From Felis catus (Eukaryota): a stretch of 64,000 nt of DNA. Shown piece after piece: positions 13,590 to 25,816 of the stretch (position 1 is its first letter; each line of letters begins with the position of its first letter). The stretch spans positions 151,468,001-151,532,000 of the forward strand of contig NC_058368.1 in NCBI RefSeq assembly GCF_018350175.1. Direction: 5' to 3'. Both the position numbers and the translations under genes were made by a program. The notes beneath the pieces were generated by a model that saw only the letters and a program-made list of their open reading frames with translations, searched no databases and was not told where the DNA came from.

Positions 13590-14240
13590 ACTCCACTTTC
13601 TCCCTCAGCCTTGTCAACTAATCAGGTGTTTAAGCCTTATGATTTTTTTCTGCTCAATAGTTACATGTTCCTACTGGCTTAATTTAGGTACTTCTGTTTT
13701 CCTATCTGTATTGCTGCACTGGCTTGCCCATAGGTCTCTCTTATTCTAATTTACTTAATAATTTAATGTTTTTCAAAGATCCCTACTGCTTCCAGTATAA
13801 TGCTTAAATTCTTCAGAAGTCATCAGGAAACTTTGGCCTCCTACTTTAAATTCATCCTGAAATCTAACATAAACTGCTCTGGTTATCTGAATGTAACACA
13901 CATTTTCTTTTCTTTGGGCCTTTGCCTTTTTATCTTCTGGAATACTCTAACCCATTGTGATCAAACAACTCAGCTAAAATACCATCTCTTTGGTAAAGAG
14001 TTTCCTAATTGCTTTTGTTTTCCTGCATGACTAGTTTCTGGTTCTTCAGTGTTCTCATGGCACTTTATAGATACATTCATCAATACTTTCCACATTGTGT
14101 TGTAATGGTTTGTTTATAGTTTGATCTTCTTTCTAGATTGTGACTCATTGAGGGCTACGTCTGGATGAAGACATTGTTTTCCTCCCAACTCAGCCTAAGG
14201 CTCTACACATAGTACGCATTTAATAAATGTTTGCTGATTA
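13590..14240 (+). mobile_element. L2 3' region
   Basis: 'ctagattgtgactcattgagggc...acatagtacgcatttaataaatgtttgctga'. Confidence 0.7.
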
Positions 14241-14957
14241 TGTGAATAAAGGACTGAATTAGTCTCCATGGTTATTATCTCAAAACATGCTGCTGTCAGA
14301 ATACACATCCACATGTCCTGTCCCAAAAATGAAAACAATTAAAAAGAACAAGGTACCAAGTGGCTCATATTTTACAGGTTATTCTTCATGGACTTTAAAA
14401 CAACTATATGCAGTATTATTGCTTTTTAAGATCTCCTAAATTTAGATTCATTTTAAGAATTATAATTTTCATCTTTTTTCCAGAAAAACTTCCTAGTTCA
14501 AACTGAAGCAGAGCCAAAAGACAAAAGGAGGTTTAAGCTCTACTTGTCTGTATTTACTTGGCCTAAATTAGTACTGGACTTTTGTTATATGAGGTTTTCA
14601 TATGATTTGAGGAAAAAAAAAAGTTTTAACCTGCTGCTTTGTTTGAACAGTGATGGCAAAAACTAAAAATAACACAAGACTCCAAATGCGTGTATGGAAA
14701 TTAAAACACAATTTTGGGCAATTGCTGTAAAAACTTCCACTCTCTTTATACACCTTTAGACTTAGATGGAGCCAGATCTGCCCACAAAGGAGACATTTAA
14801 CTGATAGGTCCTCTTTATGAAAGGCCTTTTCTAGGGGGCCACGTCTTGGGGGGTTTGGGTAAGGGAAGTGTGTGGTTCTGTCTAAATTTCATCCAGGACT
14901 TCTCTCCCCATCTGACCCTGGAAATTGCTGCAATTTTAGCTTCCTGTGGTAGGCAGT

Positions 14958-15061
14958 AAAAACAAAACAAAACAAAGAAAAGAAAGAAAGAAGGAAAGAA
15001 AGAAGGAAAGGAAGGAAGGAAGGAAGGAAGGAAGGAAGGAAGGAAGGAAGGAAGGAAGGAA
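14958..15061 (+). repeat. Compound microsatellite (AAAAC)n-(GAAA)n-(GGAA)13
   Basis: Read directly; 13 GGAA units at 15010-15061. Confidence 0.97.
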
Positions 15062-15829
15062 GCTAAATCAGAAATGGTAGAAAGACACTCAACCAAGTAC
15101 AGTTAGTATCTAAGCTTCCTGTGCTATAGCTGACTATATATTCATAAGCAACAGAACATACTTGTAACTTGCAACAGGCATCAGCCATGGTAATTCAAAC
15201 TTCTCTGTGGATCGGCCTTGAAAATTATCTTACTGTTGGAGAGAAATGTTTTTGTATTTCATTTTTAAAAATAAGGGGAAAAAACTACATTTATTTGTAG
15301 AACACTGTTCAGAAAACATCTCTCCCAAGGAGATGTCTCAAATTAGGGGTTGTAGAACAACAGTGAATGGGAGGTACAGGGTAAATGAAGCCATTTGAAT
15401 AGGTTGCCATAAAAAGAAAGGTCACAGTGATTCAGCCAACTAAGTAGGCCCAAACTAAGAATACCACAGAACTGCCTGTTGGACTAAGATGGCTTTGATG
15501 GAAAATGACAAATGAGATTGACAGGGCCATCTGAACCCTTGCAGCTGTTGCATTTCATGCATTCTTCTCCAGGATGGCTACTGCATGGATTTAAGAAGCT
15601 GTGGACAGTAGTCATTTAAGGAAATGGACACCACAGCAAAATCATCTTAGAATGCAATCTGAAGTAGAGGTTCAGTTTGGCCAAAGTATGCAGATCCTAG
15701 CCATTCACCACCTTAGTTAGTCCCTATTCTCTGAACTGGTTTTCCCTAACACCTTTTACTGCTCTGTTCACCCCTTACTTGCATCTAAAGGTAACTTCCT
15801 AAATCCAGGTTATTTAAATGTCTTCTGTT

Positions 15830-16030
15830 AAAAATCCTGTGTTGATAAAAATAATAGATGCTGGAATCAAAATGTTTTAAATCATGTTCCGCCCTTTTAT
15901 GGCTTTGTGGGTATGGGGAATTCTTTGAGCTTGTCATTCCTCATCTGTAAAATGGGAATAAAATAATAATGCATAACTTACAAAAATATTATAAGACATA
16001 CTAGACAATATATGTAGTTGAGTAGGCACA
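15830..16030 (+). mobile_element. MIR SINE
   Basis: MIR core 'ttcctcatctgtaaaatgggaataaaataata'. Confidence 0.75.
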
Positions 16031-16127
16031 CTTTTGAATTCTTAATTATGGCAAGTAATACTTAGTTGGCTTTCAAACTATGTTTAGCAACTAGACCTTT
16101 TTATTCAAAGATAATCTTACATTGTGA

Positions 16128-16252
16128 CATATATATGTATCACATATACATATATATATGCATATGCACATATAAATGTATATGTATAGACATATATACA
16201 CACATGTACCTATATACACATATATAACACAAGTTATATATAACACAAGTTA
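16128..16252. repeat. Degenerate (TA/CA)n tract ending in a 16-bp tandem duplication
   Basis: tatataacacaagtta x2 at 16221-16252. Confidence 0.9.
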
Positions 16253-16661
16253 AAAGCAGTATATTACTAAACTATGATTTATATACAGTACAGTATATTA
16301 CTATACTATATAATTTATAATTTCATATTAAATTATTTTTAAGTCAAGCAATGAGAAAAGTAAGCTTGCTATGATGAAAATGAAAATTGGGTAAAAACAA
16401 TATTCATAACAAACAGTTATTGGAGAGGTGGTAGTGAAGTAGGGAGTCAGGATTCTTACCCAGGCATTATGACAGTAGAGCCTATGTCTTCAGGATCCCT
16501 TTGCCCCTGCAGTCACACTGTTTGATAGTCTATATTACATTCAGACTATTGATGATCTTGACACAGAAATAAGTAGTGGCAAATTGTCAAAAGAATTTAA
16601 ATAGTTTCCATAAAACTTCTAAAGACTAAATTAGTGTATACAATTTAAAGGAGATTATTAA

Positions 16662-16890
16662 GGGGATGCCTGGGTGGCTCAGTTGGTTGGGTGTCTGACT
16701 TCTGCTCAGGTCATGATCTCGCAATTCGTGGGTTTGAGCCCCATGTTGGGCTCTGTGCAGATGGCTCAGAGCCTGGACCCTGCTTCGGATTCTGTGTCTC
16801 CCTCTCTCTCTGCTTCTCCCCTGCTTACGCTCTGTCTCTCTCTCAAAAATAAACATTAATTTTTTTAAAAAAAATTAATAAATAAAAAAA
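16662..16890 (+). mobile_element. Felid CanSINE
   Basis: TSD taaaggagattatta at 16646-16660 and 16891-16905. Confidence 0.98.
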
Positions 16891-17875
16891 TAAAGGAGAT
16901 TATTAGGGTACTACCTTTTCAACATTAAACCACTAAAATTCCTAATGACTTATTTCCTCCCTTAAATGATAAAGGTTCACTTTGCATGAACTGGTGTATG
17001 GGTTTCCTAGCCACTCATGAACTCATTAGTTTGTCCAAAGCTGTATTTTGAACACGTTTAAAACTTTTATTTAAATATTTAAATAAATACTTTAAATCTT
17101 TATTTCAATCTTTATTGCATGATAAACTATTTTCAAATATAGCTTGACATGTAATGATAATTTGAATGAAGTTATTAAATTGCTTGCTAAATATGTCTAA
17201 AGGTAAAGCTATAATTTTATTACTAAAATTTTGTATGAATCTTAAGCATAGTAATGTGGTGACTCTTCATTACTTAGTCGATCTCATTATAAGCTCATTT
17301 GAGAGATGTTTAGGTATTGGGCTTTTAGGTCAGGAAAATTTGGATTGATTTCTTACTTCATGTAATATATTTAAACCGTCACTTGACCATGGGATAGCCA
17401 TTAAGCCTTTGTATTAAAAACTAAAGTTTAGAATTCAGTGCTCAAATCATTACACATAACATAGGAAAGTTTGCTTTAATAGAATTAAAAATTTTTATGA
17501 CACTCTTCTACAGTGTCTTGCAACATAATGGTAGCTGTATAATAAAAATGAAGATAATGTGCATACTCTATGTGCCAGTCACTGGAATCAGGAATGCATC
17601 CCGTTTTATGGAAATGTGTTTTTTCTTAGGTATCTCCTGGCCTTAATGTATCAGGAATATCTATCTATACATCTGTCTAAGTATGTCTTTATCTATCATC
17701 TAATTGCCTACCTCTCATCTGAACTATCGTTCTGTGTTTTTAAACCCTGATTTATGCTTTCTTGACTATTTTGAATCATTTTACATACTTTTTCTTGTTC
17801 TGTTATACATTTCCACAAAATTAGCTTTCGTTTCCCACCATATCCTCATGCTCAGTGACCCCTGAATGCCTGTTA

Positions 17876-18065
17876 CAAGTGATTCTCAAAATGGAATACC
17901 CATATGATTCACCCAGGGACCTTTTAAAACATGTAGATTTCCAGATCCCATATGCTGAAGTTCTAACTGCAGTGTTGGGCGGAAGCTCCAGAATCTGTAT
18001 TTTCCAAATGTATCCCATTGATTCTGCTGCAAGTGGTCTTTGGAGCACATTTTTGAGAAATTCTG
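17876..18065. mobile_element. MER5A-like hAT-Charlie MITE
   Basis: About 190 bp with inverted ends caagtgattctcaaa / tttgagaaattctg and internal 'agaatctgtattttc'. Confidence 0.8.
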
Positions 18066-18639
18066 CTGGAATAAATTTGTGAAAATGGCATGAAAATATA
18101 GTTTGCCATATTGAGGACATGGATATGTTCACTTTCCAACACTAGAAAATATTGAAAGACTATGGTTTTGAACCTTACAAAGATAAAAAGAATAGATTTT
18201 TATAAGGAGGAAATTTGCTTCTAATTTATACAACTTGAAGAATGGAGGAGGAGGGCAGAAAAAAGCTGAATATGATTGTCAGGATGTTTTTTGTAAATTA
18301 ATTGTAAATGTTGTACCTTTTTATCCAAAGAGACTTAAAACTATGGGATGGTTTCTGTGTGTAGTTGTAATTTTTCTCTGTTTATCCCTATCATTCTTCT
18401 CTACACTCTTCAGAATATTATAAATAGTGAATAGAGGCCTATGACGCCATAAAAGGAAAAATATATATGGATGAGTAACACCTAGTTATAATTCAGCGAG
18501 GCTCTCTGAATTCTATATTATGTAAAGTATTAATTTTCTCAGGCTTTAAAAATTGTTATAAACTTAGAAATATAACTTTCTTGGGGATCAGTTACATATA
18601 CACACACGTGCGCACATTTATTTTAAATTTCCCTTCGTT

Positions 18640-18863
18640 GGGTGCCTGGGGTGGCTCATTCAGTTAAGTGTCTGGCTCTTGGTTTTGGCTCAAGTCATGA
18701 TTTTGTAGTTTCATGAGTTTGAGCCCTGCTTCAGGCTCTGTGCTGACAGTGCGGAGCCTGCTTGGGATTCTCCCTCTCTCTCCCCTTCTCTCTCTGCCCC
18801 TCCCCTACTCACTCTGTCTCTGTCAAAATAAATAAGCCTTAAAAAATACTATCTGTTAAAAAA
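18640..18863 (+). mobile_element. CanSINE
   Basis: Full length; TSD taaattt(c/a)ccttc. Confidence 0.96.
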
Positions 18864-18948
18864 TAAATTTACCTTCAATTTGAAATCCTGTCTTACATCT
18901 TTGCAAAGATTTGTTTTGCAGTTTTAAACATCTCCAAACTTACAAGGA

Positions 18949-18950
<2 letters not shown>

Positions 18951-18987
<37 letters not shown>
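18951..18987. repeat. (AC)n microsatellite
   Basis: Read directly. Confidence 0.98.
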
Positions 18988-18989
<2 letters not shown>

Positions 18990-21336
18990 ACACATATACG
19001 TACATACCTGATCAGGAATATAAGGAATATATATGTGTATATACAAAACAATGCTCAGGTGAGGGCAACTAAGATCACTGAAAAACATTTCTCAAATACC
19101 TATACTTCCAAGGACCATTGGTGAAAAGATTCATTTAAAATTAAGATAAAGCCAAAGGCTCTGTAACTATAAACATCAAAGTATTCGTATTTTATACCTG
19201 TTTCTTAGCCAGTTATATCACACAATGTCTTGCTGTATGTCAGTGAAATTATGAGAAAAGATTTCAAATTTATGAATTAGATGAGATTCTAGTTAATACA
19301 CATCCAATAACCATTTCTAATGGTTTTTAAAATTGGTCTGTACCTCTGTCCTCTCAAATAACAGAGAAAATGTTTAATAATATTGAAATGAAACTTGACT
19401 AGGTTGAGTTCATCTTAGGAACATTTCTCTTGCCATAATTTAGTTTAAATTATTTTTATAGAGACTGGATTTTCTTCACAACCACGATGCCTTTTTTTAA
19501 TATTGCCTTTTGGCTTTTATTCTGAGGCAGGCTCTTTTAATTTAAACATGATCTGTTGTATTTACTTTGAATGCCAATATATTGTGTATTACCCACCAAG
19601 TGACTCTTTCTTTCTGCTATTCAGAATTAAATAAACCAAGACGCAACACATGTCTTAAAACCACAATAGTTTATTTATAAGAAGAAAGACAGCCCATCAA
19701 ACTTTCCACAGGAATTTAAAAAATCCATTGGGGACTCAAAGCCTTTACTTTCTTTCCATTCATATAATTTTGGTTTTGGCTTAACACTTAGCACAATATT
19801 CACTTCAAAAGAATATCCCTTGCATTTAAAGTAAACAATCATTGTTCTACACAGACTTTTAATTTTTCCCCTTCTGCCCTTTGCCACTTTTCTTCTCTAT
19901 TTCCAATTCTTTGCTAGCATTACATTTGGAGTATGCCAGATATAAAATCCTTTTTTAGTTTATATTTTGATATGGAGACTAACTCATGAAAGATCAAATT
20001 GTTACATTTTGTTTCATTTCCAATTACTCTTGACATCTATAGTTTCTTAACATTTTAAAATGATACTTTGATTATAGGGGAAGAGATAGGGCAAAATAAC
20101 TGCAATTAGAAATAGATTCTGGCTTTAGAAAGGAGAATTCAGTTTGAACATGATGCAAAGCAATGAGGTTTCATTTTGGGTTCAAATTCTTTGGGACTGG
20201 GTAAGCCAAAACATATGATCTAGGGTGGCCTTAGTCTCATCTAAAGTAGATGTCATAAAATAACTTCAAATCTCACTGTGAGAGACATGGTTTCTAATGA
20301 CCAAGTGCGATTCAAAAGCAAATATTCATCAGTTGCCAAGTCCTGTCTCTTGTTCTGGTCTCTGAAGAACAAATTCACAAACTGTGGATCCACCTATGTT
20401 TTGATCACTGTCTGGAATACATACAGGTTTTCTTTTTCAGACTCATTGGAGTCTTAAACAATTGAAACTTTACTTCATTTTCACAGTTACACTGGAAATC
20501 CTGAAATCTTGCACTTCGTATTGAGAAGTCATACTCAGCCAACACAATATATGTGATATATATAACATCTTTTACCAAAACACAAGGAACTTGCCAAATG
20601 AGCAAAGAGTTTGCTTTTATGATGAAAGTGTAAAAAGTCATGCATTTGCTTCCAAAAAAAAACCCCTTTATTGACTATTGTGGAAGGTACTATGCTAAGT
20701 GCTAGATAACATACATCTTGGCCTTTAGGCGGTTCACAGCTTTGCAGCTCTTATTCTCCTCTGCAGGTAATAACCTTTGTCAGTGTAACATGTACAGGTG
20801 CTCCCTATCTTAAAATTCTATTCCCAAAGGCCTTTTGCAAACAGAATCTTATTTCCATTTGAAGTATGTAATTTATAATTCTGTATCTTACAGAATATAA
20901 TTATATAAATCCATACCTTGCCACTTAAAATATAAATTTAGTGTCATATAGATCCATGCATGCATTTGCTATGTGGAAGTCCTGTATGTATGGTACTTAT
21001 TAATATTTCCCCAATGTGTTCTAAATTAACACATACTTATGAACTGGTTTTGCTCTCTTGTTCTCATTTGATTTCTCTCAAGCCATGATTATAATGCAAT
21101 AAAAGAGAGGTATGAATAACCCAAATACCACTGAAATAACAGGAGTTTGTACGGAAAGAATTCACAGGGCACAGGAAGAAAAAGACTTCTTTGTCGGAGC
21201 TACTATATTTGCTGTGACTTTGCTGTCCGCTGTTTGTGCCTACAACCAACACCTTTGTGTTTCTTGGGAAATCCAATACGTTGCACCCATTTTTCTGTCA
21301 TATGTAGTGAAGCTCATTTAAGATTGTGGACTCTGT

Positions 21337-21567
21337 GGAGTGCCAGGAGTGGCTCGATCGGTTAAGCATCAGACTTCAGCTCAGGTCATGATCTCATGGT
21401 TCATAGGTTCGAGCCCCACATTGGGCGTCTGTGCTGATGGCTCTGAGCCTGGAGCCTGCTTTGGTTTCTGTGTCTCCCTCTCTCGCTTCCCCTGCCCCAC
21501 TAGCACTCTGTTTGTCTCTGTCTCTCTCTCTGTCTTTCAAAAATTAATAAAAACTTAAAGAAAAAAA
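21337..21567 (+). mobile_element. Felid CanSINE inserted in a MIR
   Basis: TSD aagattgtggactctg at 21320-21335 and 21568-21583; MIR-like sequence continues to about 21690. Confidence 0.97.
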
Positions 21568-22964
21568 AAGATTGTGGACTCTGAAGTCAGACTTAATGAT
21601 TTTGCCACTTTCTAGCTAAGTGACGTAGGCAAGAAAATTTTCTTATTTGCCCTCTGGCTTTTTCACCTGAAAAATGGGGTTATTACCCATCATTAATTGA
21701 GTCTAAACAATACAATACAAATTTTTACAATTAACTACTGTGAAATCAAGTGAGTCTTGCAGTTGATGGAATGTTATGATTTAATTGGTAACATTTTCCC
21801 CGTGTGGTACATAACCTAGTGGCATGTCTAACCGTGATATTGTCATAAACTTAGATGATTGTTTCTTCCTTCTAGGGTTCTGCCAAAGATCAAATGAGTT
21901 AATGAAATAAAGCACTATCACAGTGCCTGGTAACAAATGTCAATTATCATATAACATGCCTGATGAAGCATATGGCTTAAGGTTGATTCTGTGAGAGGGG
22001 AATATTGTTTGTGTCCTTAGGAGAATCAGATCATCAGACTTGGGTCTTTGTTATTATAAAACTCAATTTGACGAGTGGAGGGATGGTTACTTGCTCAACT
22101 TGTTCAGTAGATTCTAAGCTTCCTAACAGTAGAATTGAGTCTTTTATTTCTAGCAACTATTAGACTTTTATGAATGTGGTTTATATTCAGTAAATACTTG
22201 CGAAGCATATATCTCCTTCCTTGTTTACTTAATTTCTTTTATACTGGCAAAATAAGTATGAGTCTTATAATTAATAGTGGAAAAATAATTATTGGCTTAA
22301 ATGTGTGACCCCCAATAAATAAACATAATGTCTCCATAGTCATGCTTTCCTAATCCTCTTACCAATGTGCTCCCTTTAGTAAAGACATTGAAAATTTTCT
22401 TCCATTAGTTTTATATCTGGGAAATTATAACCTTAAAGGGAAAATTGAATATCAAATACATGTACTTCTGAATTTACTGAAGGTTTTCATTCAGTCTTAC
22501 ACATAGAATCGGATCCATCTTAATGATTCATGGGTACTTACATTTATTGTAAATCTTCAGCATATACATACACTCATATTCCTTTCTTCTCTTTCTCTCA
22601 GGTTCATCAAAGACCTGGGAATGCTGGGTAATCTCATATTCCTTACTTTACTGTACACATGGTATACCATTGCATCTACTGCTTCCATATGATTCTTTCA
22701 AGAAATTGCTGCAGTACAAAATTCTCCTTCAGGAGAAGGCAGCAATTCCAACAATTCCTCCAAGAGAACACTAAAAAATGGGCCTTCACTAGACTTCTAC
22801 TGGACCTTCGGGGCAGTAAATTTCAGCAAGTGAGGGCCTATAACAACAAAGCAGAGAGTACCTGAAGGCAACCCTAAGCTTGCCATAATGAAGAAAAATA
22901 GATTAGAGTAAGGGGGAACACTCTGATAGGCTTGGCAGTGAGGATGAGAGAATTGCAAATTCTT

Positions 22965-23183
22965 ACATCAAAATTTTTCGGAAGAGTCCAGCTAGCAACT
23001 ATTTTAGGTTTTGTTGGTCATTTGGTCTCTGAAGTGGCAACTCAACTCTATCTTTTTAGATCAAAAGCAGCTGTAGACTATGTAAACAAATGCGCTTATC
23101 TATGTTCCAATAAAACTTAATTTACAAAACTTGTGGGAAGCAGAAGGTCAGACTTGGCCTTTTGGTCATAGTTTGCTGACTCT
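22965..23183 (+). mobile_element. MER58A-like hAT-Charlie element
   Basis: 'tattttaggtttt...caactcaactct...gttccaataaaactt...catagtttgctgac'. Confidence 0.8.
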
Positions 23184-23314
23184 ATTATACAGGATAAAAT
23201 TGCCTCCATATTTTAATATATTTATTAAAATTATAATCTTTATTAATTTATTTTTCATATTAATATATAAAAATTATAAAAATTATTAAAATTATATTTA
23301 TTAAAATATAATGA

Positions 23315-23540
23315 GGGGCTCCTGGGTGGCTCAGTGGGTTAAGCATCTGACTTCAGCTCAGGTCATGATCTCATGGCTCATGAATTCAAGCTCTGTGTCA
23401 GGTTCTGTGCTGACAGCTCAGAGCCTGGAGCCTGCTTCAGATTCTGTGTCTCCCTCTCTCTCTGCCCCCTCCCTGCTCACACTCTGTCTCTCTCCCCGCC
23501 TCTCAAAAGTAAATAAACATTAAAAAATTAAAAAATATAT
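23315..23540 (+). mobile_element. Felid CanSINE
   Basis: Full length; TSD atataatga; preceded by about 100 bp of almost pure A/T. Confidence 0.97.
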
Positions 23541-23970
23541 ATATAATGAGCACATAAGTATTTGCTCAGTCCTGTGATTTTTGTTTTTAATCCCAGCTTC
23601 TTTTGTAGAAGGTAGCCTCCCTACTACTATAAGGAAGACTCCAGCTTTTCTTCTTTCTACTTGGCCCACAGTTGTATGTCTTTTTTTGTTCCCATGGTTG
23701 TCTATTTTCCCTATGACAAGTATTTTCAGACAAGAGCTAGTCTATATTATGTCATGTATGGAATTGAGGCTTAGGTGGATCTTGGGATAGTAAACTTCAT
23801 ATCTGATGAGTTCTTTGGAAGGTGAGGAGAGACAAAACAGATGGTATCATTGTGAAAAACCATACTTTTCATATGTGAGTTGGATCTCCTTCCTCTTCAC
23901 CTGCACAGCTGCTAGCAGAAGATCAAGGAGATGTGTCCTGTGAGATACTTAAAGGCTAAAAGTAGTTTCT

Positions 23971-24202
23971 TTCTTTCTTTTTATTAGGTTTTTTTTTTGT
24001 TGTTGTTTGATTATTTTTGAGAGAAAGAAACAGAGTGTGAGCAGGAGAGGGGCAGAGACAGAAGGAGACACAGGATATGAAGCAGGCTTCAGGCTCTGAG
24101 CTGTCAGCACAGAGCCCATCATGGGGCTTGAACTCATGAGCAGTGAGATCATGACCTGAGCCGAAGTTGGACTCCTAACTGACTGAGCCACCCAGGTACC
24201 CC
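23971..24202 (-). mobile_element. Felid CanSINE
   Basis: TSD taaaagtagtttct at 23957-23970 and 24203-24216. Confidence 0.98.
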
Positions 24203-24524
24203 TAAAAGTAGTTTCTAAATTGGAATACCCAGGACACTGTATTACTCACTACAATCATTTTTCTTTCTCTTTGGCAGTGTTATTTATTAATCATAATGAA
24301 ATAAAATTTGAGTTCTCATACCTTTCTGAGATACTTAATTTGTCCTGGACTCAGTAGCATCCCACATAAAGCCCAGAATAGGTGGTCAACAAATGTTTGT
24401 CGAAATAATTAACACAGTTGTATTTTACAAGGCGTCTGAGGTTTACCCTCACCTCTTACATTTAACTAGTGTAATGCAATGATATTAGATACAAATTCTG
24501 CTTTTTAAGAAAAGAAATCTTCAT

Positions 24525-24728
24525 GGGGCACCTGGGTGGCTCAGTCAGTTAAGCTTCCGACTCTTGGTTTCAGCTCAGGTCATGATCACACAGCCACATT
24601 GGGCTCTGCGTTGACAGCACAGAGCCTATTTGGGGTGCTCTCTTTCTCCCTCTCTCGGCACCTCTCCTGCTCGCTTGATCTCTCTCTTTCTCTCTCTCTC
24701 TCAAAATAAATAAATACACATTAAAAAA
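24525..24728 (+). mobile_element. CanSINE with B-box region deletion
   Basis: TSD aagaaaagaaatcttca at 24507-24523 and 24729-24745; the 'gttcgtgagttcga' segment is absent. Confidence 0.96.
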
Positions 24729-25752
24729 AAGAAAAGAAATCTTCAACATATTCACTACACTGTTTTGTTCTTCCAACTGGAGAGGTAGAGGCGTATTGCG
24801 TGGGGAATGTTTTTTATTACAATCCTAGAAAATGTTTAAGTACTCAAGACTTTAATTTTTCCATAGAATTATAAATCACAGTTTTCCTCTTTGAACTAGC
24901 TATTGGCACTCCCGCAAACTTCTTAGACAATATGACAATTCTTTAAAAGTCAAAAATATCTATTTTTATTCATGTAATACACATTTAAGCATTATGTATA
25001 TTTTTGTTCTTTTTCTGCCTACTACTGTTTATGCATTAGATACTAGTATTGTTTCTATGATTAGCTGCTTCTCAGGCATTTGTCTTAAATTAAATTTCCA
25101 TATGTTTAAGGCAGTGACTTACTAACGCAGAATTTTGGCATTTGCATGTATTTTATTTCATTGCAAAATTCTATAGCATCTGTAATTATTTAATGATCAA
25201 AACAGTTACTTGATCTTGTCAATATTGCTATTTCTAACTAACATATGAGAATGGAGATGTCCTTTTTTTCTCTTCACATATTAATTATCACACTAAATTG
25301 AAAAACAGAATAAAAAAAGTTTTCATTCTCAAATAATTATTGCTTGTCATCCCAACCTGAGAAGCATTGAGCTAAGTGGAGAAGTGTTACTTTTCTAAAG
25401 ATAAAAACTCAATTTACACTTACTATTTGGACTTCTTCTGATAAGAAACTTACCTAGAAGTTAATACTAATTATAATTTCTAAGTCTCTAGCAAGAGAGG
25501 AGAACAGTCACAAGAGCTGTATCTGACAATACAGTTTGTTCTCTGTATTTAAGAATCTGTGTTTTTGTTGGTCCCTTATTTTTCTATTTATCCATTAGTT
25601 TTGTTTCCTAAATTACACATATGAAGGAAATAATATGGTATTTGTCTTTCTCTGACTGATTTACTTCCCTTAGTATTATGACCTTTAATTCCATCCATGT
25701 TGTTATAAGTGCAAGATCTCATTCTTTTTATGTCTCAGTAATAGTCCATCAA

Positions 25753-25755
<3 letters not shown>

Positions 25756-25795
<40 letters not shown>

Positions 25796-25816
25796 CACAC
25801 ACATGTACACACACAC
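25756..25816. repeat. (AC)n microsatellite inside L1
   Basis: Read directly. Confidence 0.97.

Noticed and set aside
15295..15365. Partial hairpin (acatctc...gagatgt, cactgtt...aacagtg)
   Set aside because: Stems are short and out of register; not pre-miRNA-like
21112..21321. 69-aa ORF with an ATG start and hydrophobic stretch
   Set aside because: No promoter, splice or homology support; length is within chance and it ends in MIR-derived sequence
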